64,000 nt of DNA from Acidobacteriota bacterium. GTDB lineage: Bacteria > Acidobacteriota > UBA890 > WLXD01. The notes under the pieces were generated by a model. It was given only the letters and a program-made list of their open reading frames with translations. It was not told the origin of the DNA and did not search any database. A program made the translations under genes and the position numbers. Location: contig CBDFKD010000002.1 in assembly GCA_965248695.1 (NCBI GenBank), positions 4,000,001-4,064,000 of the forward strand. The letters are read 5' to 3'. This document shows, piece after piece, positions 48,972-58,781 of this stretch (position 1 is its first letter; each line of letters opens with the position of its first letter).

Positions 48972-51793
48972 GAGCTCCTCGGCGGGTGCGCCGCGGGCTC
49001 CTTACTGCCAGTGAGAAGCCCCACCAACTCGTAGGCAAGCTCGCTGGGCAGGTCCGAGTATGTATTCGTGAACAGGACCATGCCGATGCCGTCGTCGGGC
49101 ATGAACAACACCTCGGCGATCGTGCCTGTCGAGCCACCACCATGATGAACGACTCGCTTGCCGTGATACGTGTCCAGGAACCAGCCCAGCCCATAGGTCT
49201 GGAACGTGTCGGTTCGGTCTGGTCGGTCGGTGACCATGTGGGGCGCAATCAGGCGCTCGAAGCCCGGTTCCGAGAGCAGTTCCTCGCCCGAATGCCTGCC
49301 GCGGCTCAGGTTGAAGAGCACCCAGGTGAGCATGTCGTCGAGACTCGACGCCAACGTTCCGGCGGGCCTGATAGCTGCCCCTTCGAACTGGAAGTCGATT
49401 CGTCGGACCGAGCCATCCTCCATTTCGTGAGGCATGGCGATGTTGTTGGCGAACGGTGGATCGTCTTCTGACAGGTCGGTGAACTCGGTTCTCGTCATGC
49501 CGAGAGGCGTCAGGATTCGATCATGTATGAGGCCTTCATAGGTGCTGTTGGTGACCTGACCCGCGACGTACCCGGCCGCCATGAACATGGCGTTGTTGTA
49601 CTGGAATCGCTCCCTGAAACCGACGCTTAGGTCGGCGGTCCGGATGCTGCCGACCAGGTCCTTTCGCGACAGCGTGCTTCCCATCCACCTGACGGAGCTC
49701 TCCGGAACGCCGGTGCGATGGGTGACGAGATCTTCCACCGTGATGTGTTCCGACACGTACTCGTCATCGTGGACGCCGAAGGTCGGCACGTAGGTGCGCA
49801 CCGGAGCACGCCAGTCGACCAGGCCATCGTCGACGAGCATGGCTAAGGCGGTCGTCGTGAAGGCCTTGGTGGTAGAGCCGATCAGGAAGATGGTCTGGGA
49901 GTCGATCGGAAGACCCGTGTTCGTGTCCCTTGTTCCGAAGCCCTCGGACAAGATCACTTCGCCGTCGCGCACGATCCCGACACCCAATCCGGGCACTCCG
50001 GCCTCTGCCACTCTCCGCTCGATCGTCTCCCGGATCGATCCGAGCTGGTTTTCGAGCGCCGAAGACGTCTTCGCCGGATCCGGCTGGCGCGGCGTATAGC
50101 CGGGACCTCGCACGACCATGCCCGGTCGAGCGTCGGAAACCTCGCCGTGGTGTAGAACCACCTCTCCGTTGACGACGACAGTATGGATCCCGGTCGAAAT
50201 CTGATGTGGGTCAACATAGGTCGCGCGATCGATGACGGTGGCGGGATCGAAGATCACCACGTCGGCGTAGAAGCCCTCCCTGAGGAGCCCGCGGTCACCT
50301 ATCTGGAGGATCTGTGCGGGGAAGGAAGTAGCGCGCCTCACCGCCTCCTCTAAACGCACTAAGCCAAGCTCACGCACGTACTTGCCGAGGATCTTGGGGA
50401 ACGAGCCGTAGCTGCGCGGATGCGTGAGCCCACCGGACAGCGGCCCATCAGGGGCGATCGTTCCCCCGTCCGTGCCGAACGCCACCCAGGGTTGTTGGAT
50501 CGCCAGTTGAATGTCGTGCTCGTTGTTGATGTACGACGTGAATCCGGGGTCGTCCTCGAGAACGAGATCCATGACGGTATCGCGAGGGTCCTGGTTCTTG
50601 GCCCGCGCTATCGCATCCAACGTCATGCCTTGATAGGGGTCCAGGTTCGGGTTGCCAGCCCCGCCGACGAGGGTGATCCCTCTGGGGCCGCCGCCTGCCC
50701 CCATGTACTCGTTCTCCCACTCGTCGGTCTGCGTGGCCAGGTCTCGTCGGATCCGTTCGCGGACATCGTCGTCGTTGAGCCGGCGCACGACCTCCTCCCT
50801 ACCGCCTTCCAGTGCCCAAGGTGGTAGGAGCGCGGAGAAGCTCGCCGCGCCTTGCTCGTACGGATACATGTCCGCGGTGATCTGTAGTCCTTCCGCTCGA
50901 GCGTCTTCCACGCGCTGAACGATCTCGGACATGCGACCCCAGTTCTGCTCGTAGGCGATCTTCAGATGCGTAATGTGCGCCGGAAGCCTTGCCTCACGGG
51001 CGATGCGGAAAACCTCATCGAGGGACGCCCGGAAAGCATTGCCCTCGCTTCGGGGGTGCGTCTGATAAAGCCCGCCGTAGGCGGAAGCGACCCTGGCCAT
51101 CTCGATGAGCTCGCTCGTCCGGTTGTACCGGTCCGGGGAGTACATCAGCGCCGAGTACACACCGAGGGCCCCGTCTCGCATCGCCTGGTCGACGATCTCG
51201 CGCATCTGCTCGAGCTCTTCGGGAGTCGCGAGCCGGTTATCGTGCCCGACCGTCATCACGCGGACATTCTCGGTGCCGAGGTAGGTGGCGAAGTTGATCG
51301 TCGCCGGGTTCGCTTCCAGGTGCTGGAAGAATTCATCGAGCGAGCGCCACCGGTGGTCGACACCGTAGCGAGCAAGCCTGGCCTCGTAGCGGGTCGCCAT
51401 GGCGTCGTTCAGCGGTGCTACCGAACCTCCCTCTCCCTCGATTTCCAGGGTGATTCCCTGCGTGATCTTGCTGACCGCGCGTGGATCGATGAAGGTATTG
51501 GTTCCGGGATGGGCGTGCATATCGATGAAGCCGGGCGAAACGGCATGCCCCTGCGCGTCGATACGGCGTGCTGCCAATGCCTGGGAAAGGTCGCCAACGG
51601 CAGCGATCTTCTTGCCGCGGATCCCGATGTCGGCCCAGAACCATGGGTTCCCGGTACCGTCGATGAGGCGCCCGCCGTGGATGATCAGATCGAAAGGGTC
51701 CTGTGCCGCGTGGGTGGCTGCTTGAGAGATCGGGAACCCGACAAGCAGAGCCGCGGTAAGAAAGAGGGACAGTGGCAGCGTAGTCCTAGACAT
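48968..51793 (-). CDS. N-acyl-D-amino-acid deacylase fused to a beta-lactamase-family serine hydrolase, exported
   Basis: N-part: DGTGNPW, PGFIDMHAH, HITHLK, ADMYPY, GTDG, HPRSYGSFP, ADVVIFDP. C-part: IGSTTKAFT (SxxK), QYNN, YGLGW, HHGG. Signal peptide present. Confidence 0.92.
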   Translation of the reverse strand: MSRTTLPLSLFLTAALLVGFPISQAATHAAQDPFDLIIHGGRLIDGTGNPWFWADIGIRGKKIAAVGDLSQALAARRIDAQGHAVSPGFIDMHAHPGTNTFIDPRAVSKITQGITLEIEGEGGSVAPLNDAMATRYEARLARYGVDHRWRSLDEFFQHLEANPATINFATYLGTENVRVMTVGHDNRLATPEELEQMREIVDQAMRDGALGVYSALMYSPDRYNRTSELIEMARVASAYGGLYQTHPRSEGNAFRASLDEVFRIAREARLPAHITHLKIAYEQNWGRMSEIVQRVEDARAEGLQITADMYPYEQGAASFSALLPPWALEGGREEVVRRLNDDDVRERIRRDLATQTDEWENEYMGAGGGPRGITLVGGAGNPNLDPYQGMTLDAIARAKNQDPRDTVMDLVLEDDPGFTSYINNEHDIQLAIQQPWVAFGTDGGTIAPDGPLSGGLTHPRSYGSFPKILGKYVRELGLVRLEEAVRRATSFPAQILQIGDRGLLREGFYADVVIFDPATVIDRATYVDPHQISTGIHTVVVNGEVVLHHGEVSDARPGMVVRGPGYTPRQPDPAKTSSALENQLGSIRETIERRVAEAGVPGLGVGIVRDGEVILSEGFGTRDTNTGLPIDSQTIFLIGSTTKAFTTTALAMLVDDGLVDWRAPVRTYVPTFGVHDDEYVSEHITVEDLVTHRTGVPESSVRWMGSTLSRKDLVGSIRTADLSVGFRERFQYNNAMFMAAGYVAGQVTNSTYEGLIHDRILTPLGMTRTEFTDLSEDDPPFANNIAMPHEMEDGSVRRIDFQFEGAAIRPAGTLASSLDDMLTWVLFNLSRGRHSGEELLSEPGFERLIAPHMVTDRPDRTDTFQTYGLGWFLDTYHGKRVVHHGGGSTGTIAEVLFMPDDGIGMVLFTNTYSDLPSELAYELVGLLTGSKEPAAHPPRSS

Positions 51794-51982
51794 CTAGCAG
51801 GCCGTGGTGAAAGTTTGGTGGGTCTGGTTACGCCGTAACCCTTCGGGCGACAGGGGGTTGCGCGCGGATGCTGCGTCGTTTGTCGTCAACGATGGGGTAA
51901 CCATCGCCTCCTCCTCTCTCCTGGCCTGCGCCTCGCAAGACCCTGTCGCCAGACCCACCACACTTTTACCATGGCCTGCTAG
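51794..51982. mobile_element. MITE-like element (181 bp between CTAG copies)
   Basis: Left arm CTAGCAGGCCGTGGTGAAAGTTTGGTGGGTCTGG and right arm CCAGACCCACCACACTTTTACCATGGCCTGCTAG match at 31/34. Inner IR GGCGACAGGG/CCCTGTCGCC; CTAG at 51794-51797 and 51979-51982; no transposase. Confidence 0.85.
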
Positions 51983-52050
51983 CGATCCTCCCACCGTCGT
52001 TGTTGCTCCGGCGTGTGGAATGGCAAACGTGATACCCGGGTTGAGACGGC

Positions 52051-53433
52051 TCATTCTTTGCGAGACCAGACGTAGTAAACGGGAACGCCGAGCCCCAGCA
52101 CGGCGAGTCCGGAGAATGCTTCGACGGGTCGCTCGATCAGGCTGGTGATCGCGATGGCAACGACGGAGACCAGGAACAACGCCGGAACCATCGGGTAGCC
52201 CCACACTCGATATGGTCTCGGGAGGTCGGGTCGTGTGCGCCTGAGCGTGAAGACGCTTGCGGCGGCGGCGGCGTACAGAAGGATCACCGCGAACGTAGCG
52301 TAGGTGAAGAGCTGCTCGAATGTCGCTGATAGGGCAAGGACACATGCCCACGAGCACTGAAGCCACAGGGAGACATACGGTGTGCGGTAGCGAGGATGCA
52401 CGCGAGCCACCGAGCGGAAGAAGAGTCTGTCCTTCGCCATGGCGTAGTAGACGCGCGCGCCGGCCAGGATCGACCCGTTGGTGGACCCGAATGTAGAGAT
52501 CACGATCGCCGCAGCCATGAAAGCCGCGGCGCTCGGACCCAGGATTGCCGATGCGGCCCTCTCCGCCACCCCGAGCACCCCTTGCATCTCGCTGATCGGT
52601 AGGGCCAAGACGTACACCACGTTCACGAGGAGGTACATGACCGTGATACCCGCCGTTCCGAGCACGAGAGCCCGTGGCAAGGTCCGGGCGGGATCCCTGA
52701 TCTCGCCGGCGGAAAAGTTGAGGTTGCTGAAGCCGTCGTACGACCAGAGGACAGCGACGAGGGCGATCATGAACCCGCTGAGCAGCGAACCGCCGTCGGC
52801 ACCTCCTACCGGGGTCGGGAACTCGCGCGGCGGGCCGCTTCCGGCCCAAAGACCCAGCGCGACGAAGATCGCGATTGCCGCAACCTTGAGGACCGTCGAA
52901 ACGTTCTGGATGAACGCCCCGATGCGCACACCGAGGACGTTCATTGCGGTCAACAAGATGATCGTGGCAGCCGCGACAAGCTGCCCGGCCGACAGGGATA
53001 CGGTGACCCCGGCGAGCTCGCCAGAGGCCATTACGTTGTCAATGGCGAGCGCTGGCAAGAAATAGCCGACGTACACGGCGAAGCCCGTGGCCACGGCGGC
53101 GACGGCGCCTGGCTGGTACACCAGGAAGATGACCCATCCGAACAAGAAAGCCGGCAGCGGCCCGTAGGCCTCCCTTAGATAGACGTACTGGCCCCCGGCT
53201 TGCGGCATCGCCGCCCCGAGCTCCGCGTAGGTGAGAGCTCCCGCCATCGCCAGCAGCCCTCCCACCAGCCACGCCGCGAGCAGCAAAGTTGGATCGGGGA
53301 GTGATTCCGCCATGATTCCGGTGGTGAGGAAGATTCCGGAGCCGACGGTGATTCCGATGACCAGGAAGGTGGAGTCGAGCAGGCCGAGTTCGCGTACCAG
53401 CTCATCACCGGTGTCGCGAGGGTTGGACGTCAT
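52051..53433 (-). CDS. APC-family amino-acid permease
   Basis: LVRELGLLD, VGSGIF, YAELGAAMPQAGGQYVYL, WSYDGF, ARVYYAMA, RPYRVWGYP. Confidence 0.93.
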   Translation of the reverse strand: MTSNPRDTGDELVRELGLLDSTFLVIGITVGSGIFLTTGIMAESLPDPTLLLAAWLVGGLLAMAGALTYAELGAAMPQAGGQYVYLREAYGPLPAFLFGWVIFLVYQPGAVAAVATGFAVYVGYFLPALAIDNVMASGELAGVTVSLSAGQLVAAATIILLTAMNVLGVRIGAFIQNVSTVLKVAAIAIFVALGLWAGSGPPREFPTPVGGADGGSLLSGFMIALVAVLWSYDGFSNLNFSAGEIRDPARTLPRALVLGTAGITVMYLLVNVVYVLALPISEMQGVLGVAERAASAILGPSAAAFMAAAIVISTFGSTNGSILAGARVYYAMAKDRLFFRSVARVHPRYRTPYVSLWLQCSWACVLALSATFEQLFTYATFAVILLYAAAAASVFTLRRTRPDLPRPYRVWGYPMVPALFLVSVVAIAITSLIERPVEAFSGLAVLGLGVPVYYVWSRKE

Positions 53434-53440
53434 GTCGCAT

Positions 53441-53471
53441 ATTGTTGGTCAATCGTTGAACAAGTTGTCAA
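53441..53471 (-). promoter_or_regulatory. Permease-operon promoter with operator-like palindrome
   Basis: Minus-strand TTGACA at 53471-53466; AT-rich IR TTGGTCAA-TCG-TTGAACAA at 53445-53463 (7/8 match); no SD before the permease ATG. Confidence 0.5.
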
Positions 53472-53534
53472 GCGACGCCGCGACCGTCGGGTAGCGTATC
53501 GAAGTACACCAACGAGAAAAGAGGACAAGTCAGC

Positions 53535-54657
53535 ATGGCTCGGCCAGCAAAGCTCATACGGCTCCTCGCGATGGGGTTGGCGATCTCCGTCGCTTTGCCC
53601 TCTTGCGGAAACGGCGGCAGGGCGGACACCGAGGGGGCGGCAACCGCCCGCCCTGGAGACGTTGACGGGGTCGTCGGCGACCTGGGCGCGAAGATCGACG
53701 AATACTTGACCGAGCTCACTCCGGATCGCTTTGCCGGCAGCGTTCTCGTAGCGAAGGAAGGAGAGATCCTGCTCAACAAGGGCTACGGCATGGCCATTCG
53801 GTCCGACGGCATCCCCAACTCGTCCGAAAGCGTCATCGTCATCGGCTCGATTACCAAGCAGTTCACGGCGGCGGGGATTCTCAAGCTCGAGATGCAGGGG
53901 AAGGTGAGCACGGACGACAAGCTGCCGATGTACTTCGTGCAGGTTCCCGAGGAGAAACAAGACATCACGCTGCATCAATTGCTCACGCACACGGCCGGCT
54001 TGATCGACTACACCGGTGATTGGGATGCCGAGGGGGATTTCGAAATCGCGCTGCGCGACGAGACCATCCAGGAAGCGCTGAACGCGCCTCTGATTTCCAC
54101 TCCCGGCACCGAGTTCCACTACTCCAACTCCAGCTACAGCGCGTTGGCCGCGATCATCGAAAAGGTGTCAGGCTTGTCCTACGAGGAGTACCTGAGCGCG
54201 AACATCTTCAAGCCGGCCGGCATGGATACGACTGGCTATCGGCTGCCCGACTGGGACAGCCACGTCGTGGCGCACTACTACGCCGACGATGAGGACCTGG
54301 GAGGATTCCTGGAGCGGCCGTATCCGCAATGGAACCTTCTCGGAAACGGGGGCATCTTGACGACGACGGGCGACCTGTACCGATACCACGTGGCCCTGGA
54401 ACGCGACGAGATCCTGTCCGCTGCTGCGAAGGAGAAGTTCTACCGGCTACGGATGGAGTATCGAACAGACCGACAACGGCCTTCTCATCCAGCACAGCGG
54501 CGGCGGGTCATTCGGTTCGAGCGATAGCGCGCTCTTCCGGCGCTACGTCGATGCCAGCGTCGTCATCGTCGTCCTGGGTCACCAGGCCTTCCAAGGGGAG
54601 AGCATGACCAGCCGGGTCACCTCCGAGGTGGCAGACATGGTGTTTGCCCACGGCTAG
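53535..54657 (+). CDS. Beta-lactamase-family serine hydrolase lipoprotein, frameshifted at ~54444 (possible pseudogene)
   Basis: Lipobox LPSC, IGSITKQFT, LLTHTAG, HYSNSSY. After KEKFY the family C-terminus continues in the +1 frame (GYGW...IQHSGG...VIVVLG) to TAG at 54655-54657. Confidence 0.85.
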
Positions 54658-54710
54658 CTCGAAGCAGTCGCGAACCCTGACGTGCGACCTGAGCGTGATA
54701 GCTTGCCCGG

Positions 54711-56102
54711 ATGAATCGCCTCGCGCTCTGCACCGCCGGGTCAGCCCTGATGGCGCTCATGGGCACATCCGCGGTTGGTCAAGACCAGTGGCCGCAGTTC
54801 CGCGGCACGCACGCGGGTGAAGTTGTCGACGATCCCGCCCTGCCCGACACCTGGAGCGAGACCGACAACATCGTCTGGAAGATCGACGTTCCCGGGCAGA
54901 GCTGGAGCTCGCCCGTGGTATGGGGCGATCACGTCTTCGTCACTTCCGCGGTCAGCGCCGGCGACGAGCCCGCTCCGGTACCTGGCCTCTACGAGGAGGG
55001 ACACGACTTCGGGGCGATCAAATCATCGGCGCAGCATCGCTGGGTGGTTTACGACGTCGATTTCGCAACCGGGAAGCTCAACTGGGAGCGGGAGCTGCGC
55101 CGCGCCACCCCGCCCTTCGCCAAGCACATCAAGAACACCTACGCGACCGAAACGCCGGTCACGGACGGCCGACACCTGTACGTGCTCTTCGGCAGCATCG
55201 GTCTCCTTGGCGCATTGAACTTGAGCGGCGAGACCGTCTGGACCACGCAGGTCGATCTATTCGAGACGCGGTGGCAGTACGGCCCGGCTGCCTCGCCGGC
55301 CCTGCATGGGGACCGCCTCTACATCCTCAGCGACAACGCCGACGGAACGTCCCTCGTCGCCTTCGACACGCAGACCGGCGAGGAGATCTGGAGGGTGCTT
55401 CGCGAGCAGCACGGCGGGGCGAACTGGTCGAGAAGCTGGTCGACGCCGTTCGTATGGGAGAACGAGCTCCGTACCGAGATCGTCACGGCAGGGGCCGCCA
55501 GCGTCCGCTCGTACGACCTCGATGGCAACCTGCTGTGGGAGATCGACGGTATGTCGTCGATGACCGTTCCCACGCCGTTCTCCAGGCACGGGCTCGTCTA
55601 CATCAGTGCGGGCTACCCCGGGGAAGCGCTGCGTCCGGTCTACGCCGTTCGCCCCGGCGCCGCCGGCGACATCACACTCTGGGAGAAGGGTGGCCCGTCG
55701 ACCGCTTTCCCCGGCCCGCTGAGATCATCAGAACACATCGCCTGGTCGTACCCGCTGCTCGGTCCCTACAGCACGTCGACGCTGGTGTACGGTAACTACC
55801 ACTACACGCTGCTCGACCGGGGGTTCCTTCTCTGCCACGACGCCCGCACCGGCGAGGAGATCTACGGTCGCCAGCGCATCGAGATCGGCAACGGTTTCAC
55901 CGCCTCACCGTGGGCGTATAACGGCAAGATCTTCTTGCTGAGCGAGGACGGCGATACGTTCGTGGTGCAGGCGGGGCCGGAGTTCAAGATCCTCGGGAAG
56001 AACTCGCTCGATGAGATGTCGCTGGCAACGCCGGCCGTGGTGCGCGGAAGTGTGATTCTGCGGACGCAATCGAAGCTCTACCGGCTCTCCAGAGGCACGT
56101 AG
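54711..56102 (+). CDS. PQQ-binding-like beta-propeller protein, exported
   Basis: WPQFRG, WSSPVVWGD, TYATETPVTDG, SWSTP, FTASP, LATPA, LRTQSKLY. Confidence 0.9.
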   Translation: MNRLALCTAGSALMALMGTSAVGQDQWPQFRGTHAGEVVDDPALPDTWSETDNIVWKIDVPGQSWSSPVVWGDHVFVTSAVSAGDEPAPVPGLYEEGHDFGAIKSSAQHRWVVYDVDFATGKLNWERELRRATPPFAKHIKNTYATETPVTDGRHLYVLFGSIGLLGALNLSGETVWTTQVDLFETRWQYGPAASPALHGDRLYILSDNADGTSLVAFDTQTGEEIWRVLREQHGGANWSRSWSTPFVWENELRTEIVTAGAASVRSYDLDGNLLWEIDGMSSMTVPTPFSRHGLVYISAGYPGEALRPVYAVRPGAAGDITLWEKGGPSTAFPGPLRSSEHIAWSYPLLGPYSTSTLVYGNYHYTLLDRGFLLCHDARTGEEIYGRQRIEIGNGFTASPWAYNGKIFLLSEDGDTFVVQAGPEFKILGKNSLDEMSLATPAVVRGSVILRTQSKLYRLSRGT

Positions 56103-56112
56103 TGATGCGCCG

Positions 56113-57141
56113 ATGAGCCGCCGCTGGGCGTTGCCGACATGGAGTGCCCGGGTCACCGTTGTCCCGGTCTTCGTCACCCTGGTCTTCTTGGCCCCGGCGC
56201 CTGATGCCGGGTCGGCATCCACTCAGGGAGTGCGTCTCGAACAGGTCGGCTCGATCCCCATCCCGGCGGCGCCGCGGGCGGGGTATCTGGCGAGCATGGT
56301 GACGGCGCGGGATGGCTACGCCTACGTCTCGTTAGCTAAAGCCTTCATGATCTACGAGGTCTCGAATCCAGCCGCACCGCGGCGGCTGGGATCGTACGAG
56401 TTCCCCGAGGAAATCTGGAGGTTCAGGATCACCGGCTCGCGTGCCTACGTCGGCGCCAACTTCTCGGGGCTCGGCATCCTCGACATCTCGGATCCGACGG
56501 CGCCGAGGCTCGTAGGCACGCACGACACACTCGGTCAGGCCTCGATCGCGGCGGCCTTCGAATCCAAGGTCATGATCATCGACCACATGGAAGGCCTGGT
56601 GATGGTCGACGTATCCGACGAGGCCGAGCCAGTGCTGGTCGGTTCTTACTACATTGACGGCTACGCTCGCGATGTCGTCACGCTCGGGTCGCTGGCATTC
56701 GCGACGGAATCGCCCAGCGGACTCTATGTGTTCGATCTCTCCAAGCCGGGCCCACCAGAGCCGGTCAGCATACTCCACGCTGCCGGCGCGCCGCGGGCGA
56801 TCGAGGTGTCGTCCGCGGGCGGGTCGACGCTTCTGTGCGGTGCCGGCGGCGGCAACCTCCAGGTGTACGACGTGTCGGATCCGCTGGCGCCGGTCAGGGC
56901 TGCGACGTTCGAGACGCCAGGTCGTGCCGAGCACGTGGCCCTCGATGGTGCGGTCGCCTACGTTGCCGACGGCGAGGCGGGGATTCAGATCGTGGATCTG
57001 TCGGCGCCCACGGAGCCGAGACTGCTCGGCTCCCACGAACTGGCAAAGCGGGCCCATTATGTGTCCGTCGCCGGCTCACACGTCTTCGTCGTCGCCGGCG
57101 ACCAGAAAGATGCGGAAGTGGTGATCCTCAGAAGGTCCTGA
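56113..57141 (+). CDS. LVIVD-repeat protein, exported
   Basis: Repeats GLGILDISDP, GLVMVDVSD, GLYVFDLS, LQVYDVSDP, AYVADGEAGIQIVDLS. Confidence 0.85.
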   Translation: MSRRWALPTWSARVTVVPVFVTLVFLAPAPDAGSASTQGVRLEQVGSIPIPAAPRAGYLASMVTARDGYAYVSLAKAFMIYEVSNPAAPRRLGSYEFPEEIWRFRITGSRAYVGANFSGLGILDISDPTAPRLVGTHDTLGQASIAAAFESKVMIIDHMEGLVMVDVSDEAEPVLVGSYYIDGYARDVVTLGSLAFATESPSGLYVFDLSKPGPPEPVSILHAAGAPRAIEVSSAGGSTLLCGAGGGNLQVYDVSDPLAPVRAATFETPGRAEHVALDGAVAYVADGEAGIQIVDLSAPTEPRLLGSHELAKRAHYVSVAGSHVFVVAGDQKDAEVVILRRS

Positions 57142-57157
57142 CGAGACAACCTCGGCA

Positions 57158-57479
57158 ATGCTGCAAGACCCCGTCGCGCATGCGCCCGTGCGGGCAAGAC
57201 GAGCGGAGGACTACGTCGACCTGATCGATGCGGCGGTCGTCTATGAAAGTGGCGACGAGGACCCCGCTCGAACTCGCCGGCAACCTGTCTGCGCGACTCG
57301 GCAACCGGATCCTGCTGAAGCGCGAGGACCTGTACCCGGTCTTCTCGTTCAAGCTCCGCGGTGCATACAAGAGAATCGCATCGCTCTCGCAGCAGGCGCT
57401 GGGGTCATATGTAGCTCGGCCGGTAAGCTCCGCCTACCGGATCGCGACGGCGCCCGAAACTGTGGCCTTGACTTGCTAG
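57158..57479 (+). pseudogene. ilvA: Threonine dehydratase IlvA N-terminal remnant
   Basis: [13 protein letters not shown], a +1 shift at AAA 57246-57248, then [40 protein letters not shown]. Similarity is lost before the SAGNHAQG motif. Confidence 0.85.
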
Positions 57480-58777
57480 GAGCCGGTGGTCACCGCGCCA
57501 GCCGGAGCTCGAGATGCGCCGAAAATGCCGAGGGGCTGATAGTCGCCCTTGAGGATAGCCCCGGTGTTGCTGTAGCCCATCCACTCGTCGATCGACGTGG
57601 CGTAGACGCGCCGAAAGTCGGTGGTCATCTCGAGATTGCCGTCGTCGAGATCAGTGAGACTCGGTGTCTTGCCGTAGAAGCCGCCCTCGAGCTTCTTTCC
57701 CACCACAAACATTGGTCCGGCGGTACCGTGATCGGTGCCGAGGCTGGCGTTCTCCTCGACTCGGCGGCCGAACTCCGAGAACAGGACCACCGCGACATCG
57801 TCGGCGCGTCCGAGGCGCTGCACATCCTCCATGAAGCCACGTACCGCGTCGGACATGTACATGAGCAGGCGGGCGTGGAGGTCGGCCTGGTGGACGTGGG
57901 TGTCGAAGGAGTTGCCGCTGAAGCTCACGTAGTAGATCCGAGTGGGCATGTCGGCGGCGATGAGAGCCGCCACCTTGCGCAGATCGCCGCCGCCGAGGCC
58001 GTAGTCGACCGGTGTCCGATAGCCGGACCAGGCTTGACGCACGAAGGCGGAGCTCTCGGTGGCGTTCTCTGCTGTTGCGCGTAGGAAGTCGAGCTCGCTG
58101 TTGCTGGTCGGGTGGGCACCCGAGAGTCGAGCAAGAGCTGCGATCTCGTCTTCCTCTCCCTGGCGCTGAAAGCGGCCGGGATCGTTGAAGACCAGCGGCG
58201 AGTTGACGTTTCCGCGCACCGCCAGTGATTGCGAGTTGGCGATGTTGACGATCAAGTTGCGCTTGCCGTCCGGGGTGTGAGCGTCGGCGAAGCGACCCAC
58301 CCAACCGAGCTTCTCGCCGCCGTTGGGGATGCCGGTATGCCAGAAGCCCATCGAGGTGAAGTGCGACAAGCTGGGGTTGGGATAGCCGCAACCTTCGACA
58401 ATGGCCAACATGCCGTCTTTGTAGAGCCGTTCGAAACCGACCATGGACGGGTGGAGCCCCACTCCATCGGTGATCGGTAGGAGGTTGTTCTTCGGGATTC
58501 CGAGATTCGGACGCGCTCCGTAGTAAGCGTCGTCGCCGAACGGCACCACGGTGTTGAGACCGTCGTTGCCGCCGGAGAGCTCGACGACAACGAGGATGCG
58601 ATCCGGGTGCTTCTCGGCAGTTCCTCCGAGTGCCTGCGCGGCAAGGGCCGCCGAGGTGCGGTCGAGAACCATCGGTAGTCCGGCGGTCACTCCGAGGCCG
58701 TAGAGGCCACGACGGAGGAAGTCGCGCCGAGAGTGGGAGCAACCGATGTGTGCCGATCCGATGCGTGGTCGTCTCAT
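57476..58777 (-). CDS. DUF1501 domain protein, Tat-exported
   Basis: [58 protein letters not shown]. Confidence 0.92.
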   Translation of the reverse strand: MRRPRIGSAHIGCSHSRRDFLRRGLYGLGVTAGLPMVLDRTSAALAAQALGGTAEKHPDRILVVVELSGGNDGLNTVVPFGDDAYYGARPNLGIPKNNLLPITDGVGLHPSMVGFERLYKDGMLAIVEGCGYPNPSLSHFTSMGFWHTGIPNGGEKLGWVGRFADAHTPDGKRNLIVNIANSQSLAVRGNVNSPLVFNDPGRFQRQGEEDEIAALARLSGAHPTSNSELDFLRATAENATESSAFVRQAWSGYRTPVDYGLGGGDLRKVAALIAADMPTRIYYVSFSGNSFDTHVHQADLHARLLMYMSDAVRGFMEDVQRLGRADDVAVVLFSEFGRRVEENASLGTDHGTAGPMFVVGKKLEGGFYGKTPSLTDLDDGNLEMTTDFRRVYATSIDEWMGYSNTGAILKGDYQPLGIFGASRAPAGAVTTGS

Positions 58778-58781
58778 GGCG

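Noticed and set aside
51794-51796. Pyrrolysine/amber readthrough joining the mini-ORF to the deacylase
   Set aside because: The TAG is part of the CTAG target duplication; no pyl genes are present, and an extension would sit in front of the signal peptide.
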